Shown one piece after another: positions 1 to 9,282 of a DNA stretch of 64,000 bases. The stretch is from Eubacteriales bacterium (GTDB lineage Bacteria > Bacillota > Clostridia > Oscillospirales > CAG-272), in the NCBI GenBank assembly GCA_045597145.1, contig JAZODU010000007.1:1296-65295 (forward strand). The letters run 5' to 3'. The stretch's first letter is position 1. The number at the start of each line of letters is the position of its first letter. A program made the translations under genes and the position numbers. The notes beneath the pieces were generated by a model, which was not told where the DNA came from, made no database searches, and saw only the letters and a program-made list of their open reading frames with translations.

Positions 1-517
1 GCGGCTTTTGCAGGCGCGGCAAGAGAAGATTGAGCAGCACGCCGACGATCCCGCCGTACACGACCGATGCAAGGAGCAAAAGCGGGAGATAAGACGGGAT
101 CAGCGCCGTTCCGAAAAGCGTCACCGCCGCCAGTATCTGCCCCGTGTTGTGCGCGGCGGCGCAAAGGATCGACACCCCGATCAGGCTGCATTTTTTGCCG
201 ATCGCGCGCAAAAGCAGCAGCATCAAAAAGGACAACAGTGCCCCCATGGATGCGAAATAAAAGGACGTGACCGTTCCAAACAGCAGTGCCATCAGAAAGA
301 TACGCACGCCCGACATCACGGCGGAATCGATCGGCGAGAGCAAGCAAAACACCGCCACCACCGCGACGTTTGCAAGACCCAGACGAAAGCCCGGGAGCGG
401 GATCACGGCGTTCAAGGGCAGGAGCACCTCCAGATAGGACAGCAGCATTGCCGCGGCGCAGAGCATCGCGTCCAAACAAACGCGGCGCGTGCGTTTACCC
501 TGCAACGAAATCGACAT
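1..517 (-). CDS. Gx transporter family membrane protein (heptaprenyl diphosphate synthase component I-like); 3' end runs off the window
   Basis: My own minus-strand translation from ATG 517 gives MSISLQGKRTRRVCLDAMLCAAAMLLSYLEVLLPLNAVIPLPGFRLGLANVAVVAVF...AAAHNTGQILAAV. The protein is polytopic and hydrophobic. It overlaps the stop of the NusG_II gene upstream, the usual partner of this family. It has no stop inside the window, so it is absent from the ORF track. Confidence 0.55.
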   Translation of the reverse strand, partial: MSISLQGKRTRRVCLDAMLCAAAMLLSYLEVLLPLNAVIPLPGFRLGLANVAVVAVFCLLSPIDSAVMSGVRIFLMALLFGTVTSFYFASMGALLSFLMLLLLRAIGKKCSLIGVSILCAAAHNTGQILAAVTLFGTALIPSYLPLLLLASVVYGGIVGVLLNLLLPRLQKP

Positions 518-866
518 GCTCGCCACCTCCCTTCACCTGCAAGCGCACCCCCGCAGGCGCGCAGACGATGCTCTCACCGCCGCGTGAGATCCTGCCGCTC
601 GACACGCACACCCCGTCGGGACACTCGCTTGACTTGACGTACGCCGCACCGTCGCGGATCACGACCACAAGCGTGATCCCGTTGGACGTGACCGAGATCT
701 CACGATCCTCGGAAAGGCTGTATGCTGTGCTTCCGTCTGGCATGGTCACCACAAGAACCTGCCCCTCACGCCGCCACAGAAGGGGCAACAGGAAAATCGC
801 GCACGCCAAAAGAACGACGCCGAGCGCCGCCAGCACGTCATGCCAATTAAACCGCGTGCGAAACAT
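495..866 (-). CDS. NusG domain II-containing protein
   Basis: 123 aa. It has an N-terminal TM helix followed by a beta-rich domain (VVVIRDGAAYVKSSECPDGVCV...GESIVCAPAGVRLQV) typical of NusG_II proteins found next to Gx transporters. Confidence 0.65.
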   Translation of the reverse strand: MFRTRFNWHDVLAALGVVLLACAIFLLPLLWRREGQVLVVTMPDGSTAYSLSEDREISVTSNGITLVVVIRDGAAYVKSSECPDGVCVSSGRISRGGESIVCAPAGVRLQVKGGGEHVDFVAG

Positions 867-1011
867 CCGTTTTCCCTCCGTTCAAACAAATCTCGCTTCA
901 TTATATACTGTTTTACCCGAAAAGTCAAGAGCGAAAGCCATAAGCAGACACTTTTTCCCGCTGCACGCATAAAATAATACAGAACAGCGCGAGATCAAAG
1001 GAGGTTACCGC

Positions 1012-1464
1012 ATGAATCTTGACAGCAACATGACACCAAGCACGCCGTCCGCTCCCACGGGAGAAGGGTATCTGATCGTGCACGCCACCACGGCGCGCGG
1101 CGCGATCCCGCTCGAGGGCGTACAGATCACGATCCGCAACTACGAGCCGGAGTTTTCGGCAACTGCGGGAGATGTCATTCTGACCCTTGCCACCGACCGC
1201 TCGGGCAACACCGCGCGCATCACGCTCCCCGCCCCGCCGCGGGCACAATCCCTCACCTCGGGAAACGCGCGCCCGTTTGCCATTTATAATCTGGAGGCGC
1301 ATCTTGAGGGCTACCGCACCCAATATTACTACGCCCTGCCGATCTTCGACGGCATCACTGCCGTTCAGCCTGTCGACCTCATCCCGCTCTCCGAAAACGG
1401 ACGCGACGAGCCATTCCGCCCCGAGGACGACCGTTTTTACGAATCCACCGCCCCCAATCTCTGA
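1012..1464 (+). CDS. hypothetical protein, carboxypeptidase-regulatory-like beta-sandwich
   Basis: An AAAGGAGG SD lies just upstream of the ATG. GYLIVHATTARGAIPLEGVQITIRN resembles the CarboxypepD_reg fold. It is co-directional and tightly spaced with two PG-binding genes. Confidence 0.5.
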   Translation: MNLDSNMTPSTPSAPTGEGYLIVHATTARGAIPLEGVQITIRNYEPEFSATAGDVILTLATDRSGNTARITLPAPPRAQSLTSGNARPFAIYNLEAHLEGYRTQYYYALPIFDGITAVQPVDLIPLSENGRDEPFRPEDDRFYESTAPNL

Positions 1465-1482
1465 CAGAAAGGATTCCGAGAT

Positions 1483-2880
1483 ATGCCACAGCTGCCAACC
1501 ATTCCCGAAAGCATTACCGTTCATCTGGGGTCCCCCGACAGCGAAGCCGAGAACGTCACGCTCCCCTTTCTCGACTACATCGCCAACGTCGCCTCCAGTG
1601 AGATCTATCCCACCTGGCCCGAGAGTGCGATCCGCGCCAATCTGTACGCGCAGGTCTCCTTTGCGCTCAACCGCATCTATACCGAATACTATCGCACGCG
1701 CGGCTACGATTTCGACATCACCAACACCACCGCAAACGACCAATCCTTCGTCAACGGGCGCGTGATCTTTGATAACATTCGTGAGATCGCCGGCGAGCTT
1801 TTCAACAACTATATCCGCCGCATGGGCAATATCGAGCCGCTCTTTGCGCAGTATTGCAACGGCACGACCACGACCTGCGCGGGGCTATCCCAATGGGGCA
1901 CGGTCAATCTTGCCGAGCAAGGCTTTACGCCTTACGAGATCCTTACCTATTATTACGGCGACGACATCGAGCTGATCACCGACGCCCCCGTGGAGGGGCA
2001 GACCGAAAGCGCACCTCTCTATCCGCTTCAGCTCGGCTCTACGGGCGACGAGGTTCGCACCGCGCAGATCCGCCTTAACCGTATCTCCGCCAACTTCCCC
2101 GCAATCCCCAAAATCCTTGCCGCCGACGGCATCTTTGCCGAGGACACCGACGCCGCCGTGCGCCGCTTTCAGGAGATCTTCAACCTGACGCCCGACGGTA
2201 TCATCGGCAAAGCCACGTGGTACAGCATTCAGAACATCTATATCGGCGTCAAGCGACTCAACGATCTCAACGCCGAGGGCATCACACTCGAGGAGGTCAC
2301 GCGCCAGTACCCCGGTGCGCTTGCCGAGGGGAGCGCGGGTGACGGCGTGCGAAACCTGCAATATTTCCTCGCCTACCTCTCACAATTCTACGACACGATT
2401 CCCGCACCTGCGATCGACGGCACGTTTGGCACCACCACTCGCGCCGCGGTCGAGGCGGCACAGCGCACGTTTGGACTTTCCCCCGACGGCGTCGTGGGAG
2501 AGCAGACGTGGTATGCACTGACAAACGCCTACCTCGGCATCGTAAACACGATCCCGCGCGAATACGTCGAGGGCGTTGCCGTCCCATACGGTGGGATTCC
2601 CTTGCGTCTGGGGTCGGATTCCGACTCCGTGCGCCTTTTGCAGGAATATCTGAACTATATCGCGCGCACATTCGCAGAAATTCCGACCGTCGATCCCACG
2701 GGCTACTTCGGACCGCGCACGCAGGAGGCGGTCATCGCCTTCCAGAATCTGTTCGGCATCAACCCCACGGGCGTGGTGGCATCGGTCACGTGGAACGCCA
2801 TCATCGAGCAATACGAGGTGCTTTACCAAGGCAATCGGCTTGGTGACGGACAGTACCCCGGCTTTGACGTCGGTGCTTGA
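1483..2880 (+). CDS. peptidoglycan-binding protein: SpoIID/LytB-like N-domain plus three PG_binding_1 repeats
   Basis: YIANVASSEIYPTWPESAIRANLYAQVSFALNRIY...ITNTTANDQSF resembles the SpoIID/LytB domain. Three repeats follow with the pattern LGSxGDxVRxxQ..DGxFGxxTxxAVxxFQ..PDGxxGxxTW. Confidence 0.7.
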   Translation: MPQLPTIPESITVHLGSPDSEAENVTLPFLDYIANVASSEIYPTWPESAIRANLYAQVSFALNRIYTEYYRTRGYDFDITNTTANDQSFVNGRVIFDNIREIAGELFNNYIRRMGNIEPLFAQYCNGTTTTCAGLSQWGTVNLAEQGFTPYEILTYYYGDDIELITDAPVEGQTESAPLYPLQLGSTGDEVRTAQIRLNRISANFPAIPKILAADGIFAEDTDAAVRRFQEIFNLTPDGIIGKATWYSIQNIYIGVKRLNDLNAEGITLEEVTRQYPGALAEGSAGDGVRNLQYFLAYLSQFYDTIPAPAIDGTFGTTTRAAVEAAQRTFGLSPDGVVGEQTWYALTNAYLGIVNTIPREYVEGVAVPYGGIPLRLGSDSDSVRLLQEYLNYIARTFAEIPTVDPTGYFGPRTQEAVIAFQNLFGINPTGVVASVTWNAIIEQYEVLYQGNRLGDGQYPGFDVGA

Positions 2881-2894
2881 GAAAGGAGAAGCTT

Positions 2895-3422
2895 ATGCCG
2901 CAATACGAAAACCAAGTCCCGGCCGTTCTGAATCTGCAACGCTACCTGCGACAGCTCTCCTATCATGACCCACGCATCACCCCGCCTCCCATCGACGGGA
3001 TCTTTGAGCGCGACACCGCGCGCGCCCTGCGGGAGTTTCAGCGTGCACAAGGGCTACCGGAAACGGGAATCGCCGACCGCGCCACGTGGGATCTGCTTTA
3101 CGCGCTCTACCGTGTGTCGCTGACCGAGCACACCCCTGCGCGCGCCGTGTTTTTCTTTCCGTCAAGGGAAAGCTTCGCCATTTTTGCGCAAGAATCCGCC
3201 GCCTTCCCCGTCGCCGCCCTGCAATATATGCTGCGCGAATTGAGTGCGCGCTACGGCGGCATGGAGGGAGTCACGCTCAACGGCGTCTACGACAGTCCCA
3301 CACGGGAGGCGGTTCGCAATTTCCAAGAGAAAAACCGCCTGGAGCCCAACGGAAGCATCGATCTTTTTACGTGGAACGCCATCACGGATCAGCACAACAT
3401 CCTGCTCTACGGAGAGGGATAA
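2895..3422 (+). CDS. peptidoglycan-binding domain protein (two PG_binding_1-like repeats)
   Basis: The track ORF begins at TTG 2877. ATG 2895 has a GAAAGGAG SD about 6 nt upstream. Repeats: IDGIFERDTARALREFQRAQGLPETGIADRATW and NGVYDSPTREAVRNFQEKNRLEPNGSIDLFTW. Confidence 0.7.
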   Translation: MPQYENQVPAVLNLQRYLRQLSYHDPRITPPPIDGIFERDTARALREFQRAQGLPETGIADRATWDLLYALYRVSLTEHTPARAVFFFPSRESFAIFAQESAAFPVAALQYMLRELSARYGGMEGVTLNGVYDSPTREAVRNFQEKNRLEPNGSIDLFTWNAITDQHNILLYGEG

Positions 3423-3425
3423 AAA

Positions 3426-3458
3426 ACAGGTGAGAACCTCGGTTCTCACCTGTTTTTT
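3426..3458. terminator. bidirectional intrinsic terminator
   Basis: ACAGGTGAGAAC-CTCG-GTTCTCACCTGT is flanked by an A-run and a T-run. It sits between convergent genes, and the T-run overlaps the stop of the minus-strand gene. Confidence 0.85.
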
Positions 3459-4101
3459 ATACAATTCCCTTTGCAAGAGACGTGGAAAGCTCTCCCTGGT
3501 GCGCGTCATATCCCAGCAGCCGCACGTGCACGGTGTCCGTTTCGTCAATTTCCACAATCGAAACCGACGCGTTTGGCACAAAGGACACGGTTTTCAGCTC
3601 CTCCACGGCAATCCCATGCCACCGCGCGCACAAAAGGCGGATCGGTGTCGCGTGCGAAAAGACCGCCACACACCTGCCGCGATTTTCTGCGGCGATCCGA
3701 TCAAATTCCGCATAGATCCGTTGGGACAATTGCACAACGCTCTCACCGCCGTCGGGGTGCGCGTGACCGCAATCGCGGATCCACGTTTCATAATCATTGC
3801 CATACTCGTCACGCAAAGACTCATACGGCCGTCCCTCCCAATTTCCAGCAAAGATCTCGCGCATTTCGCTGTCGGGAATGATCGAAAGCCCGTGGTCGCG
3901 CGCGGTCGGTTCAGCCGTTTGCATCGCGCGCGAAAGGTCACTGGCATAGATCCGCTCGATCGGGTAATCGTGCAAAAAGGCAGCCGTATTCTCCGCCTGG
4001 CGCACGCCAAGCGTGGTCAGGGGCGTGTCGGTATGCCCCGCAAAAACAAGATCCAAATTCGCCTGACTTTGCCCGTGGCGAACGAAAATCAAGGTCGTCA
4101 T
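3457..4101 (-). CDS. histidine phosphatase family protein (phosphoglycerate mutase-like)
   Basis: MTTLIFVRHGQSQAN carries the RHG motif, and a second His lies in FSHATPIR. ATG 4101 has a GGAGGGAG SD and forms an ATGA overlap with the stop of the upstream MFS gene. The track ORF extends further 5' without an SD. Confidence 0.85.
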   Translation of the reverse strand: MTTLIFVRHGQSQANLDLVFAGHTDTPLTTLGVRQAENTAAFLHDYPIERIYASDLSRAMQTAEPTARDHGLSIIPDSEMREIFAGNWEGRPYESLRDEYGNDYETWIRDCGHAHPDGGESVVQLSQRIYAEFDRIAAENRGRCVAVFSHATPIRLLCARWHGIAVEELKTVSFVPNASVSIVEIDETDTVHVRLLGYDAHQGELSTSLAKGIV

Positions 4102-5285
4102 TGTTTCTCCCTCCTTTGATGCTTCGAAATCAACAAAACCGCCAGGCAAACGATCGGAAACGCCGCCGCCAAGCAAAGTGCCCAGCGCAGATCCCCGCCC
4201 CACGCGTCACAAAGCGCGCCCGTTGCACTCGGTCCGATCAGACAACCGAGATCGCCCGCCAACGCCAGCAGCGCAAACATGGAGATGCCCCCCATCGGGA
4301 TCACCTCTGCCGCGCGGCTCAAGATCCCGGGCCAAAACACGCCAACGCTCAATCCGCAAAGCGCACAGCCCGCCAACGCCAGCGCGGGATGCGGCGCAAA
4401 CGCCGCCAGCAGGTACGCCGCCGCGCATCCGCCGCAGCAGATCAGCATCACGCGGTGCAAATCCAGCCGTGCGCTGAATTTTCCGTATAAAAGCCGCGCC
4501 ACGCCCATCATCAAGGCAAACATACAAGGTCCCAGCAGGTCGCCCACCGTTTTGGGGACGCCCAGAGCGGATTCCGCAAAGGCACTCGACCACTGGCTCA
4601 TGGTCATCTCGCTCGCCCCCGCACAGAACATCATCAAAAGGAAGCAGAAAAAGAGCGGCAAGCCGAACAGCGCGCGCAAGGAGGACGTTCCCTGCTCGTC
4701 AGCCGGCAGGCGGTAGATGGGAACGATGCAAAAGGCAACCGCACCGATCAGGGGAATGATCGCCCAGATCAGCGGCAGATAACGCCACGCCGCATCGATC
4801 TCAAACGCCGCAAAATAAACGCTTGAAAACAATACGACCCCTGCCTGCCCCCAGCAATAAAAAGAGTGCAGCAGGCTCATGTTGCCGGATTTTCCCTCGG
4901 TCGGGCACGCCTCCAAGAGGGGGCTGATCAGCACCTCCGTAAAGCCCCCGCCCATGCCAAGCAAAATCTCGGCAAGCAAGAGCCCTGCGTAGGGCGGCAT
5001 CATATACGGAAACAGCGAAAGTCCCGCCAGACCCACCACCGTCAACACGTGCGCCAGCACGCTGAACAGGCGCAGATTCATGCGGTGCGAAAAGCGCGAC
5101 GCCAGCACGTCGATCAAAAGCTGGGCAAGAAAATTGAACGCGATCAAAGAGCTGATCGCCGTCACGGACAGCCCGAACGCCGAGCGGAAGGTCAGGTATA
5201 AGAGCGGTGCCAGATTGATGCAGATCGCCTGCGTGATGTAGCCGTTGTAGCAGGCAAGAACGGTTGCGCGATGGGTAAGCTTCAT
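4098..5285 (-). CDS. MFS transporter
   Basis: 395 aa with about 12 hydrophobic segments and typical two-halves MFS organisation. Confidence 0.8.
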   Translation of the reverse strand: MKLTHRATVLACYNGYITQAICINLAPLLYLTFRSAFGLSVTAISSLIAFNFLAQLLIDVLASRFSHRMNLRLFSVLAHVLTVVGLAGLSLFPYMMPPYAGLLLAEILLGMGGGFTEVLISPLLEACPTEGKSGNMSLLHSFYCWGQAGVVLFSSVYFAAFEIDAAWRYLPLIWAIIPLIGAVAFCIVPIYRLPADEQGTSSLRALFGLPLFFCFLLMMFCAGASEMTMSQWSSAFAESALGVPKTVGDLLGPCMFALMMGVARLLYGKFSARLDLHRVMLICCGGCAAAYLLAAFAPHPALALAGCALCGLSVGVFWPGILSRAAEVIPMGGISMFALLALAGDLGCLIGPSATGALCDAWGGDLRWALCLAAAFPIVCLAVLLISKHQRREKQ

Positions 5286-5336
5286 AAGGAATGCCTTTCA
5301 GGGTCAGGATTGTGCAGATTGTTACATATTGTTATC

Positions 5337-5365
5337 ATTATAGCACCTCCGCGCCTCTTTGTAAA
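5337..5365 (-). promoter_or_regulatory. SigA-type promoter of the MFS/phosphatase operon
   Basis: On the minus strand: TTTACA, 17 nt, TATAAT, about 50 nt upstream of ATG 5285. Confidence 0.6.
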
Positions 5366-5548
5366 GTCGTTTTTTATGTTTTTTCCTCATAAAATCCCCC
5401 ATTCCGAGCATCGGATCACTCCCGACAGGATCTACGACATAAATGTCTATGGAAATAGTTCACAAAAAAGATGCCCGAAAAGACGCAAAAATTCTAACAC
5501 GTATGCTTTTTCACAAATTTTTTTGGCAATTTTCGTCACAATTGAATA

Positions 5549-5577
5549 TTTACAAATGCGCCCAAATGCGGTATAAT
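5549..5577 (+). promoter_or_regulatory. SigA-type promoter upstream of eno leader
   Basis: TTTACA (5549-5554), 17 nt, TATAAT (5572-5577). Confidence 0.6.
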
Positions 5578-5583
5578 ATTACT

Positions 5584-7093
<1,510 letters not shown>

Positions 7094-7096
7094 AAA

Positions 7097-7133
7097 CAGC
7101 GCGATCGCCCCAAACGGCGGTCGCGCTGTTTTT
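7097..7133. terminator. bidirectional intrinsic terminator
   Basis: A 13-bp stem, CAGCGCGATCGCC..GGCGGTCGCGCTG, plus TTTTT, between convergent eno and radC-like genes. Confidence 0.85.
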
Positions 7134-7141
7134 GTATCGTT

Positions 7142-7960
7142 TTATTTCAGAAAATCGGAAAAACGATAAGTTTTCTCGTCCACGTTATAAAAGCGGCTCG
7201 GATCCAAGATCTTCCCGCGCAGCTGTTGTGCCTCGGACATAACCTTCGGAAAGCACTTTTGGTTCTTGAGGATCGGCCAAAAGCGATCGTCCGTGATCAC
7301 GATATGCTCCAGAAGCGTGACGTTGATCATATTCAACAGATCCCCGATGCGGCACGTGACCGCAAGGTCGTTGTCCGACGGCAACGCAATACCGTGCGGA
7401 TGATTATGCGCCAGCACCACGAACGCAGGCTTTTTGCGCGCGATCTTATCCACGATCCTGCCCGTAGGCACCTCCGTGCTGCTCACGGTTCCGTCGGACA
7501 GCGAAACAAGATCGACCAGGGACATACGGTTGTCCAGCATCATCATATATAACCGCTCGTGATCAAGTCCGCAAAAATAGCTCCACATATATTCCGCGAC
7601 CTTTTGCACGGTGTCGTACTGCGTTCCGGGCACGCGAGCGGAGCGAATATACCGCCGCAAAAGCTCTGCGATGCACATCATCTGTGCGGCGCCGGCATCT
7701 CCTATGCCCTCCACCTCGGTCAATTCGTCTGCCTGCGCCTCCATGACGGCATAAATGGAACCGAAACGCTCCATCAAAAGATGCGCCAGCTCGTTGGTGT
7801 TGCCGCGCGCGTTGGCAGCAAAAAGCGCAACCTCCAAAAGCTCGTGGTCAGCAAAGTTTTCCGCACCGTGACGAAGCATTCTTTCGCGCAATCTCTGGCG
7901 GTGCTCACAGTGCAGACCACCCGATTTTTTATTGGAATCATTCGTATTACGGTTTGCCAT
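7142..7960 (-). CDS. radC: RadC-like JAB/MPN domain protein with C-terminal extension
   Basis: It has an HhH-like region (LTEVEGIGDAGAAQ) and the JAMM motif HNHPHG...SDND. The start at ATG 7960 (MANRN) was chosen because the upstream part of the track ORF overlaps the preceding gene. The SD is weak, so the start is uncertain. Confidence 0.8.
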   Translation of the reverse strand: MANRNTNDSNKKSGGLHCEHRQRLRERMLRHGAENFADHELLEVALFAANARGNTNELAHLLMERFGSIYAVMEAQADELTEVEGIGDAGAAQMMCIAELLRRYIRSARVPGTQYDTVQKVAEYMWSYFCGLDHERLYMMMLDNRMSLVDLVSLSDGTVSSTEVPTGRIVDKIARKKPAFVVLAHNHPHGIALPSDNDLAVTCRIGDLLNMINVTLLEHIVITDDRFWPILKNQKCFPKVMSEAQQLRGKILDPSRFYNVDEKTYRFSDFLK

Positions 7961-7971
7961 ATTCACAATCT

Positions 7972-8793
7972 TCACTTTCTTTTCAGCTTTCCGACCACAA
8001 GACCCTTGCATTGAACGTCAGCAAAATCCTTGAGCAGGATCGGACCGTATGCGGGATTGAGAGAGATCAGGCGATCGCCGCCGTAGACCTTGAAGAAGGC
8101 ACTTCCGTCCAAAAGGAAGATGCCCAATTCGCCCACCTCCACGCTCTCGGTGTTTCGCACAAGCAGGATATCTCCGTTCTGATATTTGGGCTCCATACTG
8201 TTACCGCTGATGCGCAGGGCATAGCTTGCGTCGGCGGTTTTTTCGTTGTCGGGAATGTTGATGAGCTCTGCGTCTGCCGCATCAAGATACATACCGACAC
8301 CCGCGGATACGGGCAGATCGTAAAGCTCGATCGGGCGCTTTCCCGAACGAACGCTCTCCCCTGCATACCGACCGATGGGACGAATGGGAGATAGGATCTT
8401 TGCCTCCCTCGTGCTCTTTTTGGCAACCGTTTTTTCTTCGACGGGAGCCTCCTGCGCATGTGCGGCGGCACGCGCCACTTCCTTGGAAAGCACCGTCAGC
8501 ACCATGTCCCGACCAAAGGGATCCAGCCCTCTGAACTCCTCGATCATGCGGATCTCATCGCCCGCCAGCGTATAGTTGTTGGTGTTTTCGGGCGTGCCGC
8601 TGACGATGTACTCCACAGAGCAATCCAGCGCGCTGCAGATGGCTATAATATTGGAAAGCTTTGGCGAATCGCTCATGCCCGCCAGGATCTTGCTCAGCGT
8701 TCCCAAGGGGATTCCCGACCTCTCTGCCAGCTGATCGTTCGTCATTTTTCTCTCATTTTTTAACTGTTTGATTCGATCCAAGTAAGACTCCAT
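7972..8793 (-). CDS. XRE-type HTH / S24 (LexA-like) peptidase-domain repressor, HdiR-like
   Basis: The N-terminal HTH is MTNDQLAERSGIPLGTLSKILAG. The C-terminal S24 fold carries the GNSMEP Ser motif and a downstream Lys (AFFKV). A long linker joins them. Confidence 0.85.
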   Translation of the reverse strand: MESYLDRIKQLKNERKMTNDQLAERSGIPLGTLSKILAGMSDSPKLSNIIAICSALDCSVEYIVSGTPENTNNYTLAGDEIRMIEEFRGLDPFGRDMVLTVLSKEVARAAAHAQEAPVEEKTVAKKSTREAKILSPIRPIGRYAGESVRSGKRPIELYDLPVSAGVGMYLDAADAELINIPDNEKTADASYALRISGNSMEPKYQNGDILLVRNTESVEVGELGIFLLDGSAFFKVYGGDRLISLNPAYGPILLKDFADVQCKGLVVGKLKRK

Positions 8794-8822
8794 AAGCCCC
8801 TCCTTTTTCCGTTTACGGCACT

Positions 8823-8851
8823 ATTATACCACGTTTTTTTGCGTTTGTAAA
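8823..8851 (-). promoter_or_regulatory. SigA-type promoter of the XRE/S24-radC operon
   Basis: On the minus strand: TTTACA, 17 nt, TATAAT, about 30 nt upstream of ATG 8793. Confidence 0.6.
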
Positions 8852-8891
8852 GAGGTTTTTGAAAATATTTTTCTTTTTTGGAAAAAACCTA

Positions 8892-8920
8892 TTGACAAAC
8901 CGTGCTTTTTCTGTTATAAT
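8892..8920 (+). promoter_or_regulatory. consensus extended -10 SigA promoter (divergent)
   Basis: TTGACA (8892-8897), 17 nt, TGTTATAAT (-10 at 8915-8920). Confidence 0.7.
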
Positions 8921-8961
8921 GTGCTCACAGTAGTTCCAAATATGGTTTTATGAGGTGTAGA

Positions 8962-9282
8962 ATGAACACTTATTATCAGCAAAGCAACCGCATTTCTTCC
9001 AATAACGATATTTTCGAGGAATATTTCTTTGGCGGTGCAAAACCCGTTTCCGCATGGAAAAAGGCGGTGAATCGCGTGCTTGCGATCCTCTCCGCCATCA
9101 TTCTGTTTTTCTGCAGCGCACGCGTTCGCACGGTTGCCCGCGTCAGCGCAGTCGCCCTTTCCCTGGTCGGCTTGGTCGGCGTCATCGGTGCTGTGGAGCA
9201 CGGCACGCTGGGGCCGGGAGCAGGGCTTTGGGTCGGTGCTATTCTGGTCGCTGTTGAGGTGAGCTGTCTGCGCCGCAGATAA
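8962..9282 (+). CDS. small hypothetical membrane protein (about 106 aa, 2 TM)
   Basis: A GAGGTG SD precedes ATG 8962. The protein has two hydrophobic helices. The 3' end overlaps the spoIIP 3' end by 44 nt and no terminator is seen. The coding status is uncertain. Confidence 0.4.
   Translation: MNTYYQQSNRISSNNDIFEEYFFGGAKPVSAWKKAVNRVLAILSAIILFFCSARVRTVARVSAVALSLVGLVGVIGAVEHGTLGPGAGLWVGAILVAVEVSCLRRR

Noticed and set aside
8-972. Plus-strand ORFs 8-637, 67-270 and 286-972 at the left edge.
   Set aside because: Their translations are Arg/Pro/His-rich nonsense. The minus strand encodes a coherent Gx-transporter plus NusG_II pair.
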